The position numbers and the translations under genes are program-made. Shown here piece by piece: positions 36,311-46,805 of a stretch of 64,000 nt of DNA. Under the pieces are notes generated by a model, which made no database searches, was not told the DNA's origin, and saw only the letters and a program-made list of their open reading frames with translations. Position 1 is the first letter of the stretch. Each line of letters opens with the position of its first letter. This stretch comes from an uncultured delta proteobacterium (GTDB lineage Bacteria > Desulfobacterota > Binatia > Binatales > Binataceae). The stretch covers positions 96,001 to 160,000 of the forward strand of contig CAWJET010000002.1 of assembly GCA_963842085.1 (NCBI GenBank), in the 5' to 3' direction.

Positions 36311-37759
36311 TCAACCGAGCCTCTCGATGACGCGTTCCATCGCGATTCCGCGCGAACCCTTGACCAGCAACACGTCGCCGGGCCGGAGCAGACCGGCAAC
36401 TATGCGTGCTGCGGCGACACTGTCCGGCGCGGCGAGCACTTCGATCGTACTCGAGTCGCGAGACACGACTTCGCGCGCCGAGTTCATCTCGGGGCCGACG
36501 GCGACGAAGGCGGCGGGATGCGAGCGCATCACATCGCGAATCGCTTCCTGATGCGCGGCCGCCGACTGCTCGCCCAGTTCGAGCATATCGCCCATCGCGA
36601 TCACGAGGCGGGCGCCGAGACCGTCGGCAACCTCGCGCGCGGCCGCCAGCGCGGCCCGAATCGAGCGAGGATTCGAGTTGTAAGTATCGTCGATCACGAA
36701 GATGCCGTTGATCGACGCGTTGGCGAGCCGGCCGGCTACCGGCAGGACGCCGGCAAGCGCGCCGGCGATAGCAGCGAGCTCGCGCGATTCGAGCGGCGCC
36801 GCACGCATCGCGGCCACGCCGGCGATCGCGGCGGCGCAGTTGAGAGCCGCGGCCTCGCCCAGCAGCGCGATTTCAGTTTCGATGAAAGGCCCGGCTCCGG
36901 CGGCGAGAAGGTCGCGGGCGATTTCGATTCTGATGCGCGAGCGGGCGCCGGCGCTGCGGCTGACGAGCCGGAGATGAGCGCCGGGCGATTTACCAAATGT
37001 GATTCGCCGCAGACGTTTCGGAATCCGCGCCAGCACCATCGGTTCGTCGGCCGACGCGACCGCATACTGCGTGGCAGTCGAAAACAGCGCAGCTTCCTCG
37101 TCGGCGATATCGTCCAGGGTGCCGAGACCTTCGCTGTGTTCGAGGTCGACGTTCAGGACCATCGCGACTTGAGGCTCAACGATTTGCGCCAGTTTCGGAA
37201 TTTCGCCGCGCGTGTTGGTACCGCACTCGAGGACGGCCGCTCGATGTTCGCCGGTGAGCGTGAAAATCGTCATTGGCACGCCGATCAGATTGTTCAGATT
37301 GCCGGGCGTGGAAAGCGTGGATCCGAACATCGCAGCGGCGACGGCGGCGGTGAGTTCCTTGGTGGTGGTCTTGCCGACGGCGCCGCCGATTGCGATGAGC
37401 GGAAGCGCGCGGGCCGCGCGGGTGCGCGTGAGATGATGGTGCGCGAGCCTGCCGAGAGCGGCGAGGGTGTCCTCGACCTCGATGCAATCGAGAGCAGGGT
37501 GACGCCGGCCATTCGCGACGATTGCGGCAGCGGCGCCGCGCACGGCGGCTTGCGCGAGATAATCATGACCGTCGGACGCCGCGCCGCGCAACGCGACGAA
37601 CATGGCGCGGAGCTCGATCGAGCGGGTATCGATGCTGACGCCGCGGATGCCATCGCCGGCAGCAACCGTCGAAGTGGCGCGGACCAGCGTACCTGCCGTA
37701 GCCTCGACAACTTCGGCGGGTGTGAACTGGCACTGATTGCCGGGAATCGGCGTCGCCAT
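36311..37759 (-). CDS. murF: UDP-N-acetylmuramoyl-tripeptide--D-Ala-D-Ala ligase
   Basis: SIDTR, GAVGKTTTKE, NLNNLIGVP, DDTYNSNP, GDMLELG, VLLVKGSRG. Confidence 0.95.
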   Translation of the reverse strand: MATPIPGNQCQFTPAEVVEATAGTLVRATSTVAAGDGIRGVSIDTRSIELRAMFVALRGAASDGHDYLAQAAVRGAAAAIVANGRRHPALDCIEVEDTLAALGRLAHHHLTRTRAARALPLIAIGGAVGKTTTKELTAAVAAAMFGSTLSTPGNLNNLIGVPMTIFTLTGEHRAAVLECGTNTRGEIPKLAQIVEPQVAMVLNVDLEHSEGLGTLDDIADEEAALFSTATQYAVASADEPMVLARIPKRLRRITFGKSPGAHLRLVSRSAGARSRIRIEIARDLLAAGAGPFIETEIALLGEAAALNCAAAIAGVAAMRAAPLESRELAAIAGALAGVLPVAGRLANASINGIFVIDDTYNSNPRSIRAALAAAREVADGLGARLVIAMGDMLELGEQSAAAHQEAIRDVMRSHPAAFVAVGPEMNSAREVVSRDSSTIEVLAAPDSVAAARIVAGLLRPGDVLLVKGSRGIAMERVIERLG

Positions 37760-37856
37760 CGCGAATACATTGTGCCGAAATATCCGCGGCGCTCATACCG
37801 CTGCCGCTTGACATGGGAGCAGGCGCGAATCAGCCTGCTGCGTACGAGGGACCACG

Positions 37857-38351
37857 ATGGCGGACAGCAAGGCGCCGATTGTCGGCGTGATTATGGGCAG
37901 CAAGAGCGACTGGGAGTACATGTCGGCGGCGGCCGAGGTCATGGAAGAACTTCAAGTGTCGCATGAAGTTCGGGTCATGTCGGCGCATAGAACGCCCGAC
38001 CTCACTTCGGAATATGCGGCGAAGGCGGCGGGCCGCGGAATCCGCGCGATCATCGCCGGCGCCGGCGGCGCGGCGCATCTTGCGGGCGTGGTCGCGTCGA
38101 AAACGATGCTCCCGGTGATTGGCGTGCCGATGCCGACGACGCCGCTCAATGGAATCGATTCGCTGCTGTCGATCGTGCAGATGCCCAAGGGGGTGCCGGT
38201 CGCGACGATGGCGATTGGCAAAGCCGGCGCGGCGAATGCGGGGTTGCTGGCGGCGCAAATAATCGCGCTCGGCGACGCGAAGCTCGGCGAGCGGTTGGTA
38301 AAATGGCGCGCCGCGCGGGCGCAGGAACTGTTGCAGCAGAAGATTCCCTAG
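37857..38351 (+). CDS. purE: N5-CAIR mutase
   Basis: IMGSKSD, SAHRTP, GAGGAAHLAG, IVQMPKGVPVAT. Confidence 0.97.
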   Translation: MADSKAPIVGVIMGSKSDWEYMSAAAEVMEELQVSHEVRVMSAHRTPDLTSEYAAKAAGRGIRAIIAGAGGAAHLAGVVASKTMLPVIGVPMPTTPLNGIDSLLSIVQMPKGVPVATMAIGKAGAANAGLLAAQIIALGDAKLGERLVKWRAARAQELLQQKIP

Positions 38352-38420
38352 CATTCGGTGCGGCTCCGATTCAGCTCGCGCGCAGGCACTCGGACTGCGT
38401 GTCGTGCTAGAATTTGTGCG

Positions 38421-39482
38421 ATGACGAAACGGGACATCGACACGCCCGCATTGATTCTCGACCTCGACGCGGTCGAGGAAAATATCCGAACGATGGGGGA
38501 ATACTTTGCCGCACGGCCGCAAAAACTCCGGCCGCATTTCAAGACGCCGAAGACGCCGGAAGTCGCGCGGCGGCAGCTCGCGGCCGGCGCGATCGGAATA
38601 ACGGCGTCGAAGCTCGGCGAGGTCGAGGTGTTGGCGCGCGCCGGGCTCGGTCCGGTTCTGCTCGCGAATCAGATCGCGGGACCGGCCAAGATCGATCGGT
38701 TTTTCAAAGCCGCGGCGCAGATCGGTTTGATCGGAACAATCGAGAGCGAGTTCAACGTGCGCGAGCTCGAGGCGGGTGCGGCGCGGGCCGGCCGCGCGGC
38801 CGACGTGATAATCGAAGTCGATACGGGGATGCATCGATGCGGCACCGAGACGCCCGAAGAGACGGTCGAGCTTGCGCGGCGCGCGAAGCGGGCAGGGCTC
38901 AAGTACCGCGGAGTGATGGGCTATGAAGGCCACGCCGTGCTCGTACCGGATCGGGAGAAGCGAATCGCAACGGCGCGTGAGGCGTTGACCACGCTCAGCC
39001 GCCACGTCGAGGCGCTGCGGGCGGCGGGGCTCGCGCCCGAGATAGTGAGCGCGGGCGGGACCGGCACCTACGACATCGCGGGCAACTGGCCCGACGTAAC
39101 CGAAGTGCAGGCCGGTTCGTACGTTTTCATGGACGGCGCCTATCGGACAGTGCGGCCGGATCTGGGGCGTCCGGCGCTGACGCTGCTTGCGACGGTAATT
39201 TCGCGGCGCGGCAATCGTGCGATAATCGACGCGGGGATGAAATCGCTGACCAACGAATTCGGTCCGCCGACGGTCAAGGATACCGCGCTCAAAGTAGTGC
39301 ACCTGTCCGAGGAACACGGCGGTGTTGCGGCTGGGGAAAGCAGCCTCGAGCCGGGATCGAAAATCGAGATAATACCGAGCCATAATGACACGACGATCAA
39401 TCTGCATAGTGAGTATTACGTGGTGAGGGGCGACGAGGTAATCGCAACCTGGCCGATAGAGGCAGCGCGCGCGTACCGGTGA
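38421..39482 (+). CDS. DSD1-family PLP-dependent enzyme (D-threonine aldolase/D-serine dehydratase-like)
   Basis: IDTPAL, LRPHFKT, MGYEGH, GGTGTY, EVQAGSYVFMD, LSEEHG. Confidence 0.9.
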   Translation: MTKRDIDTPALILDLDAVEENIRTMGEYFAARPQKLRPHFKTPKTPEVARRQLAAGAIGITASKLGEVEVLARAGLGPVLLANQIAGPAKIDRFFKAAAQIGLIGTIESEFNVRELEAGAARAGRAADVIIEVDTGMHRCGTETPEETVELARRAKRAGLKYRGVMGYEGHAVLVPDREKRIATAREALTTLSRHVEALRAAGLAPEIVSAGGTGTYDIAGNWPDVTEVQAGSYVFMDGAYRTVRPDLGRPALTLLATVISRRGNRAIIDAGMKSLTNEFGPPTVKDTALKVVHLSEEHGGVAAGESSLEPGSKIEIIPSHNDTTINLHSEYYVVRGDEVIATWPIEAARAYR

Positions 39483-39489
39483 GTAGTCA

Positions 39490-40152
39490 GTGCGTCGAAT
39501 TGGATATCACGCGATCGCCGCAGTAGCTGTCTCAGTAGCTATTGCCGTGGCTATTGGCGGATACGCACAAGCAGCCGATATCAGGACGGCCGGCAAGCTG
39601 ACTCCGCCTGCAAACGCCAGCGTGGTTGCGATTTGCACCGATCCAGTAGTGCAGAATGTGCTGAACGAAGATCTGCGGGCGGCGCGGCATGGTCAGCCGT
39701 CCAATCCGGACAGTTCGGTGACGCTGACCGTGACGGTGAGTCAGCAAATGCTGGCGCCGGGAGTGTCGTTGAATCAGATGTTCCCGGGCGATCCATCGAT
39801 GGTTGAATTGCTGAAAGAGGCCGGCGCTGAGTCGCCGCCACTGGGCGACAGCGGTAATCAGCCGATCGATCCGTTCGCGCAGCAGGCCCGCCGTCAGGCA
39901 CTGTCCCCGGACGATCCGATGACGGAGCAGTTCAAAGCCTACGAGGCGAGCCGACAGGCCCTGGGCAATGCGCCGACGCCCTATGACAGTATCCCGAAGA
40001 ACCAGATTTACGACACGGTGATCGTCGCGCGCGCGTCGTTGGAAGGCGCGCCCGATGAGCTAAAGGTGGTCGCGGTCGTGCACTCGGGCGACGACGCGCG
40101 GCGGGCCAAGGAGCTAGTCGCCGAAGAGATCGCCAACGCGGTGCTGCACTAG
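39490..40152 (+). CDS. secreted hypothetical protein
   Basis: Signal peptide ending AQA; operonic position. Confidence 0.7.
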   Translation: MRRIGYHAIAAVAVSVAIAVAIGGYAQAADIRTAGKLTPPANASVVAICTDPVVQNVLNEDLRAARHGQPSNPDSSVTLTVTVSQQMLAPGVSLNQMFPGDPSMVELLKEAGAESPPLGDSGNQPIDPFAQQARRQALSPDDPMTEQFKAYEASRQALGNAPTPYDSIPKNQIYDTVIVARASLEGAPDELKVVAVVHSGDDARRAKELVAEEIANAVLH

Positions 40153-40155
40153 TAA

Positions 40156-40884
40156 TCAGTCGTCTGTAGCCGCCCGCGGAAGCGGCCGTGGCGGGGCAGA
40201 ACGATTAGCCGGGGACGGGACGCTCGCAGCGGGCGGAGCGCCCGCAGCGCCGGTCGAGACGCCGTTGCGAAGCGGTGGCGCGGCGGGTGCGGGCGCCTCG
40301 GGATTCGTCACGATCGTCGCCGGCGGCAGTGTTTCGTTTGGCGTCTCGGCCTTGGGCGCCGTCTCTGCCTGCGCTGGCGCCATCGCAGCCGTCGCCACCG
40401 GGGCGGGCGAGGAGGCAGGAGCCGGCCTGGCTGCCTCGTGTTCCACAAACCGGCGCCATGCGAAGTCTGCCATCAAGACCAGCACAGCGGCGACCAATAC
40501 CGCGAACGCGATTCGGGTTGCGGCGCCGGACTTCTTCGTGACCACCGTGATCTCTTGCGAGATGCGCACGACGTTGGCCTCGGCGTGTTGGACGTCGGTG
40601 ACGAAGCGGGAGGCAATTTCCTCGGCGTCGAGACCCAGGAATACTGCGTAGCGGCGGAGGAACGGGACCAGGTAGAGCCGATCCGAAATCATGTCGTAGC
40701 TGTCGGTCTCGATCATCTTGACGTAATGCGGGGGCAGATGAGCCTCGTTGGCGACTTGCTCGCAGGTCATGCCCTTGCGTTCGCGGGTTTCCGTGATCAA
40801 GTGACCGAGCGAAGGTTGCGACCCAGCGCCCTCGGCGCCGGGATCGGCAGCTTGCAGTTTGCGTTTGGATGTCTTGTCAGCCAC
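40156..40884 (-). CDS. RodZ-like HTH membrane protein
   Basis: HTH_25-like N-terminus (LRRYAVFLGLD), one TM, Pro/Ala-rich tail. Confidence 0.75.
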   Translation of the reverse strand: MADKTSKRKLQAADPGAEGAGSQPSLGHLITETRERKGMTCEQVANEAHLPPHYVKMIETDSYDMISDRLYLVPFLRRYAVFLGLDAEEIASRFVTDVQHAEANVVRISQEITVVTKKSGAATRIAFAVLVAAVLVLMADFAWRRFVEHEAARPAPASSPAPVATAAMAPAQAETAPKAETPNETLPPATIVTNPEAPAPAAPPLRNGVSTGAAGAPPAASVPSPANRSAPPRPLPRAATDD

Positions 40885-40956
40885 CTGCGATCAATCGCTC
40901 CCGCAAGAAAGCTACAGTCGAACGCGTCTGAATCCAAGTCCTCGGGACGAGGACGG

Positions 40957-42690
40957 CTACTTTCCCGCTTCCGATTTGAGACAATCGGCCGCGGCCGGCG
41001 GCGGCGCGAGGGCGCCATTGTAGAGAGCGAACTTTTTTCCCTCGCATCCGACGATCACGGGCGCCGGCTTCAGCGAATCCCGGAGCGCATCCAGGTCGCG
41101 ACGGTTCGCGATCAGAACCATGCACGAGCCCGACGACCAGACTTGGCCCAGGCGTGCATCGGAGCCGATGAGGAACGGCGACTTGACAGAAGCCGGCGGC
41201 GAGACTTCGGAAAGCTCGCCCCAGTACTCGACCCGGGTCTCGCGCCTGCGAGTGTAGAACGGGAGCGACTGGACGTAGTGGCGATACGAGGCGAGCGTGC
41301 AGTCGCCGGCAAGATAGGGCCGAACCGCATTCGCGAGGCCGCGATAAGTGGAAATCGAAGACGCGTCTTGGCGAACGCGCGCGGCAAGCGGCACCGTCGC
41401 GACCATCGCCAGCGCGAGCGCGCCGATCGCGTACGGAGCGCGCGACGCTATGCGCCCGAAGGAGTACGTCGCAATCGCGCCGGCCGCCAGGACAGCGCCG
41501 AGCAGCAACCCGTCGAAGCCCAACGCGGGATTTATTGCGGCGAGCGCGAGTTCGAAAAATACGGCCAGAGCTGCCGCGAGTACCAGGTTCGCTGCCGCGA
41601 CTGCCGCGAGGATACGGCGCCGATATGTGGCGTCGAGGGCGGATAATCGCGCGAGCCCGTAGCCCGCGACGATCGCCAATGGAGGAAGCGCGGGCAGGAT
41701 ATAACTGCCGAGCTTGGAGCGCGGAATCGAGAAAAACACGAAGATGAACGCGAACCAGATGGCGAGAAAGCTCGCGGCGGAGCGGCGGCCGGAGGTGTCC
41801 GCTACGCCGGCGGACGAGGCGTCGACGGCGCGCATCGCGGACCATCCGCGCGGGACGAAAAAAATCCAGGGCCACGCTCCTCCAATCACGATCGAGATGA
41901 AGAACCAGGGGCCCCATCCGTGTTCGTTCGACGCGACGTAGCGTTCGAGATGTTCGTGGATGAAGAAGAAACGCAGAAACCCGGGATTTCGCATCTCCAC
42001 GAGGATGAACCACGGCGCGACGATCGCCGCGTAGATGACGCCGCACCAGACCAGCGGCATTCGGCGGATCTCGGCGAGTCGTCTCCCGGATGCGAGCCAT
42101 ATGAAAGCGATCGCGCCGCCAAGAAGCAGCGCGACCGGCCCCTTGGCGAGAGTGCCAAGGGCAAGCATCGCGGCGGAAATCAACATCCATCGGCGAGACG
42201 ACGGGCGTGAGAGCGAATCGTCACGCGCGGCGACGTAAAGGGCGCCGAGCGCCGCGGTAAGAAAGAACGCCAGCGCGGGATCGAGCGTCGCGAATCGCGC
42301 GAAGCCGAAGAACAACGGGCTCAGCGCGAGCGCGAGCGCGGCGAAGAATCCTGCCGATACGCCGAGCATCACCTCGGCCAACGCGGCGGTGACGACGACC
42401 TGTCCGATGCTGAAAAGCGCGGCGGGCAATCGCACCGCGAATTCATTGACGCCAAAAGCGTGGATAGACGCCGCCTCGGCCCAATAGACCAGCGGCGGTT
42501 TCTCGAAATACAGTTCGAAGTCGTCGCGCGGCGTGACGTAGTCGCCCGAGACAACCATCTCGCGCGCAATTTCGGCGTAGCGGCCCTCGTCGGGCTCCCA
42601 AAGCGCGGGCCTGCCGAGACCCGGAAGGTAGAGAATCGCCGCGAACAGTGCGTAGAGGGTTAGTCGAACGGGTCGGTTGGCGGCGAGCAT
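40957..42690 (-). CDS. arnT: ArnT-like GT-C (family 39/83) glycosyltransferase
   Basis: DEGRYAEIAREM, YFEKPPL, LAKGPV, SKLGSYILP. Confidence 0.85.
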   Translation of the reverse strand: MLAANRPVRLTLYALFAAILYLPGLGRPALWEPDEGRYAEIAREMVVSGDYVTPRDDFELYFEKPPLVYWAEAASIHAFGVNEFAVRLPAALFSIGQVVVTAALAEVMLGVSAGFFAALALALSPLFFGFARFATLDPALAFFLTAALGALYVAARDDSLSRPSSRRWMLISAAMLALGTLAKGPVALLLGGAIAFIWLASGRRLAEIRRMPLVWCGVIYAAIVAPWFILVEMRNPGFLRFFFIHEHLERYVASNEHGWGPWFFISIVIGGAWPWIFFVPRGWSAMRAVDASSAGVADTSGRRSAASFLAIWFAFIFVFFSIPRSKLGSYILPALPPLAIVAGYGLARLSALDATYRRRILAAVAAANLVLAAALAVFFELALAAINPALGFDGLLLGAVLAAGAIATYSFGRIASRAPYAIGALALAMVATVPLAARVRQDASSISTYRGLANAVRPYLAGDCTLASYRHYVQSLPFYTRRRETRVEYWGELSEVSPPASVKSPFLIGSDARLGQVWSSGSCMVLIANRRDLDALRDSLKPAPVIVGCEGKKFALYNGALAPPPAAADCLKSEAGK

Positions 42691-42869
42691 GGTCGATGCA
42701 GTCTCGCGAGGCGATCACGCGCGGTCAACCGGGAGGTGGCGCCGCTGTCTTTAATTCCCCGGGGCTGTCTGCAAGAATCACCTCACGCGACGGCGCCTTC
42801 CGGCGTGCAGGTCGCGCACGTGGCTTGAGCTTCCCGGGCAAAATATCACCGATTCGAGGCACTTCGGCC

Positions 42870-43844
42870 GTGTCGCGCGCGGCGGGCGGACTGGTGTCGA
42901 TCGTGGTGCCGGTGTTCAACGAATCGGCGAACCTGGCGTCGCTCTGGTCGCGCCTCAAGCCGGTGCTCGGCGGCCTGGGCCGTCCATGGGAGACGGTCTT
43001 CATAGACGACGGCTCGCGGGACGACTCGCTCGCTATTCTTCGCGAAATTGCCGCAGGCGAAGAAGGTCGCGTGCGGGTCGTGGAGCTGGCGCGCAACTTC
43101 GGACAGCATTCGGCGATTCTCGCGGGCTTCAAGCAATCGCGCGGAGAGATAGTCGTCACGCTCGACGCAGACCTTCAAAATCCACCCGAGGAAATTCCGC
43201 GGCTGATCGCGGCGATCGACGAAGGCAACGACGTCGTGGGCGGATGGCGCGAGGAGCGTCACGACCAGGCGTATCGGCGTTACGCGTCGCGGCTGCACAA
43301 CCGGCTGACGTCGTTGATCGTCGGCGTGCCGATGCACGACTACGGATGCATGCTGCGGGCGTACCGGCGGCACATCGTCGACACGGTGGTCGATTGCGAC
43401 GAGAAGGCGGCGTTCGTGCCGGCGCTGGCCAACTCGTTCGCCAAGCGTGTCGCGGAAATCCCGGTCGGCCACGACGATCGCGCCAGCGGCAAGTCAAAGT
43501 ACAACCTGTTCGGACTTGCAAAGCTCAGTCTTAATCTGATTACCGGATTCTCGCTGGCTCCGATCCAGCTGCTGAGCATGACCGGGATCGGAATTTCAGT
43601 GCTGGCCGTGATGATGGCGTTTGTGCTCCTCGCGCATCGCGTGATCTACGGACCGCAGGAAGAAGGCGCGCTGTGGACGCTGTTTGCGGTCCTGTTCTTT
43701 TTCATCGGGATGATCTTTCTGGCGCTCGGCCTGATCGGCGAATACGCGGGGCGCATCTATATAGAAGTGCGCCGGCGTCCGACTTACATCGTGCGCGCGG
43801 TGCATGGAGTGGAAGGCAAGCCGGGCGATTCGCAAGCCGACTGA
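42870..43844 (+). CDS. arnC: undecaprenyl-phosphate glycosyltransferase (ArnC-like GT2)
   Basis: VPVFNE, DDGSRD, RNFGQHSA, DADLQNPPEEIP, DYGCMLRAYRR. Confidence 0.85.
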   Translation: MSRAAGGLVSIVVPVFNESANLASLWSRLKPVLGGLGRPWETVFIDDGSRDDSLAILREIAAGEEGRVRVVELARNFGQHSAILAGFKQSRGEIVVTLDADLQNPPEEIPRLIAAIDEGNDVVGGWREERHDQAYRRYASRLHNRLTSLIVGVPMHDYGCMLRAYRRHIVDTVVDCDEKAAFVPALANSFAKRVAEIPVGHDDRASGKSKYNLFGLAKLSLNLITGFSLAPIQLLSMTGIGISVLAVMMAFVLLAHRVIYGPQEEGALWTLFAVLFFFIGMIFLALGLIGEYAGRIYIEVRRRPTYIVRAVHGVEGKPGDSQAD

Positions 43845-43853
43845 ATATCGACC

Positions 43854-44828
43854 GTGGAGTCCAACGTCTCGAGCGCCGTATCCGGCGCGACCGTGAAATC
43901 GGCCCGATGCGTGCTGTTCGCGTACCATGAGATGGGTTACGCGTGCATGGAGGCGTTGCTGAAAATGGGCGCGCCAATCGCAGCACTGTTCACGCATCGC
44001 GACGATCCGCACGAAGAGATTTGGTGGCGATCGTGTGCCGAACTGTCCGCACGCCACGGTATCCCGGTGCACTTTGACGAAACCCTCGAGGCCGTCGGCG
44101 CGAAGATCGGTACATTGAAGCCGGCAGTGATCTATTCTTTCTCCTACCGGCATCTGATTCCCGAGAGCGTGCTTGGACTGGCTCCGCTGGGTGCCTTCAA
44201 TCTGCACCCGTCGTTGCTGCCGGCGTATCGGGGTCGTGCGCCGGTGAACTGGATGCTCGTGAATGGCGAGCGTGCGGCGGGCGTCACGTTGCATCATATG
44301 GTTGCGCGCGCGGACGCGGGAGATATCGTCGGGCAGCGGGCGGTTGCGATCGAGGACAGCGACAACGCGCTGACGCTATACCGCAAGCTGGTGCCGCTGG
44401 GCGTCGAGCTTATAGACGAGATGCATCCGAAGATCGTCGCGGGCACAGCGCCGCGGCAAAAAATGGATATCGCGAAGGGAAGTTACTTCGGGCGCAGAAA
44501 ACCGGAGGACGGGCGGATAGACTGGCGATGGCCGGCGCGAAGAATCTTCAACCTCGTGCGGGCGGTGACGCATCCATATCCCGGCGCGTTCTGTTTCGTC
44601 GGCGGACGAAGGCTGCTGGTATGGGAAGCGAAGATTGGCGCCGAAGACGGGACGCGCGGTGAGCCGGGACGGCTGGTGCGCGAAACGGCCGACGGCGCTG
44701 TTGAAGTTGCAGCCGGCGAAGGCAGCGTGATCGTGAAGACCGCGCAATTCGAGGGTGAGGTCGAAGGCATTGCGCGCGAGGCTCTTTCGCAAGCTGGGCC
44801 AGTCAAAGATACTATTCAATTCGACTAG
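43854..44828 (+). CDS. formyltransferase (ArnA N-terminal-domain-like)
   Basis: FAYHEMG, FNLHPSLLPAYRGRAPVNW, ADAGDI, VRAVTHPYPGAF. Confidence 0.9.
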   Translation: MESNVSSAVSGATVKSARCVLFAYHEMGYACMEALLKMGAPIAALFTHRDDPHEEIWWRSCAELSARHGIPVHFDETLEAVGAKIGTLKPAVIYSFSYRHLIPESVLGLAPLGAFNLHPSLLPAYRGRAPVNWMLVNGERAAGVTLHHMVARADAGDIVGQRAVAIEDSDNALTLYRKLVPLGVELIDEMHPKIVAGTAPRQKMDIAKGSYFGRRKPEDGRIDWRWPARRIFNLVRAVTHPYPGAFCFVGGRRLLVWEAKIGAEDGTRGEPGRLVRETADGAVEVAAGEGSVIVKTAQFEGEVEGIAREALSQAGPVKDTIQFD

Positions 44829-44843
44829 TTTCGTGGAGGTCAC

Positions 44844-45809
44844 ATGCGGGTTCTGATCACCGGCGGCGCCGGATTTCTCGGATCACATCTTTCGGATGCG
44901 TTCATCGCACGCGGCGACGAGGTCTTTGTGCTCGACACCGGCTCCATCGCCAAGGTGCGTCACCTGCTCAACAATCCGCGCTTTCACTACGTGCACGATT
45001 CGGTCTTCAACCTCGAGTTGATCGACAGCCTGGTCTCGAAGGTCGATCTCATCTACCATCTCGCGGCCGTGGTCGGCGTCGAGCACTACGTCGCCGATCC
45101 CTACGAGACGCTGAACGTAAACGTGAACGGCACGCAGAACGTGCTGAAGGCCGCCTACAAGCACAACAAGCGGGTCGTGTTCAGCTCGACCTCCGAGGTG
45201 TACGGGCGCAATCCCAAGGTGCCGTGGCGCGAGGACGACGATCGCGTGCTCGGCGCGACCAGCATCGATCGCTGGTGCTACTCGACGTCGAAAGCCGTCG
45301 GCGAGCATTTCTGTTTTGCGTATCACAAGCTCGGCCTGCCGGTGACGATCGTGCGCTATTTCAACGCGTACGGTCCGCGGCTGGACAAGGTCGACGTGGG
45401 CCGCCTGTTTACGATCTTCATGGGACAGCTGCTGCGCGGCGCCGACTTGACGGTGGTCGGCGACGGCTTGCAGACGCGATGCTTCACCTACGTGACCGAC
45501 GCGATCGAGGCGACCGTGCAGGCCGGAGTGAATCCTGCAGCGGACGGGCAGGCAATTAACATCGGCGTCGATGTCGAGACGACCGTGCTCGAGTTCGCCC
45601 AGCTGATGCTCGAGTTGTTTGGGCCAACGAAATCGAAGATCAAGTTCGTGACGCAGGAGGAAGTGTACGGCAACAGCTACGAGGACATCCCGCGCCGGGT
45701 TCCGGACAACACGAAGATGCGCACGTTGCTGCGGGTCACGCCGAAAGTGAACCTGCGTGACGGCGTGAAAATCTCGATGGACTGGTTCCGGCAAGAGATG
45801 GCTTCTTAA
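44844..45809 (+). CDS. NAD-dependent epimerase/decarboxylase (ArnA C-terminal/UXS-like)
   Basis: TGGAGFLGSH, STSEVYG, RWCYSTSK, RYFNAYGPR. Confidence 0.9.
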   Translation: MRVLITGGAGFLGSHLSDAFIARGDEVFVLDTGSIAKVRHLLNNPRFHYVHDSVFNLELIDSLVSKVDLIYHLAAVVGVEHYVADPYETLNVNVNGTQNVLKAAYKHNKRVVFSSTSEVYGRNPKVPWREDDDRVLGATSIDRWCYSTSKAVGEHFCFAYHKLGLPVTIVRYFNAYGPRLDKVDVGRLFTIFMGQLLRGADLTVVGDGLQTRCFTYVTDAIEATVQAGVNPAADGQAINIGVDVETTVLEFAQLMLELFGPTKSKIKFVTQEEVYGNSYEDIPRRVPDNTKMRTLLRVTPKVNLRDGVKISMDWFRQEMAS

Positions 45810-45828
45810 GCGCGCATTCATTCCTGGC

Positions 45829-46743
45829 GTGGAAGTCGCACTAAAGATCGACGTCGATACCCATCAGGGGCTCGAACTGGGGGTGCCGCGACTGGCCTCG
45901 ATGCTCGAGCGCGAGGGCGTCGCCGCGAGCTTCTATATCGCGATGGGCCCCGACAATTCCGGGCGCGCAATCCTGCGCGTGTTTCGAAACCGCGGGTTCC
46001 TGTCGAAGATGTTCCGCACCAAAGCCGTCTCGATGTACGGCACGCGCACGATTCTCTCAGGCACGCTGCTGCCGTCGCGGCCGATTGCATTGTCGTTTCC
46101 CGGAATCATTCGCGACCTGAAGGCGCGCGGCTTCGAGGTTGGCGTGCATGGCTATGATCACGTGCGCTGGCAGGATCATCTCGATGACATCGGCGAGGCC
46201 GGTGTGCGCAACGAACTCGGCGACGCGTTCGAGGCATACCGCGCGATCCTTGGCGAAGCGCCACGCAGCTTCGCAGCGCCGGGATGGCGCACTAACAATG
46301 CGGCCCTGGTCGCACTCGACGCGATGGGTCTCGACTATCGCAGCGACACGCGGGGCATCGCGCCCTACCGCTGCGTCGTCGATGGCCGGGTCCTCGCGAC
46401 GCCGGAGATTCCGACGACGTTGCCGACGCTCGACGAGGTGATGGGACGGCGAGACCTGCCCGACGACAGCGCGGTGCGCGATTTCTATCTCGGCTTGTGC
46501 AAGCTTGACGCGCTCAACGTGCACACGATTCATGCCGAGACCGAAGGGATGGGACAGCTCCTGAGCTTCACCGCGCTGGTCCGCGCGCTCAAGGAGCGGG
46601 GCGCAAAGTTCGTGCAACTGCGCGAGGCCGCGTCGCGGCTGAATCGCACGGAATTGCCGGTATGCGAGGTTGTTCGCACTACGCTGCCGGGCAGGGCAGG
46701 CTGGGTTTCGGCGCAAGGCCCGGCGCAGATCGCTGCCGAATGA
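45829..46743 (+). CDS. arnD: ArnD-like deformylase/polysaccharide deacetylase
   Basis: LKIDVDT, GPDNSGRA, HGYDHVRWQD, AAPGW, PTTLPTLDE, HAETEG. Confidence 0.85.
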   Translation: MEVALKIDVDTHQGLELGVPRLASMLEREGVAASFYIAMGPDNSGRAILRVFRNRGFLSKMFRTKAVSMYGTRTILSGTLLPSRPIALSFPGIIRDLKARGFEVGVHGYDHVRWQDHLDDIGEAGVRNELGDAFEAYRAILGEAPRSFAAPGWRTNNAALVALDAMGLDYRSDTRGIAPYRCVVDGRVLATPEIPTTLPTLDEVMGRRDLPDDSAVRDFYLGLCKLDALNVHTIHAETEGMGQLLSFTALVRALKERGAKFVQLREAASRLNRTELPVCEVVRTTLPGRAGWVSAQGPAQIAAE

Positions 46744-46805
46744 CGAATCGGCGGTGGTGTGTTATATCCCGAAAGCTACAATTCTACTCGCAGGGGGTTC
46801 CCGCA

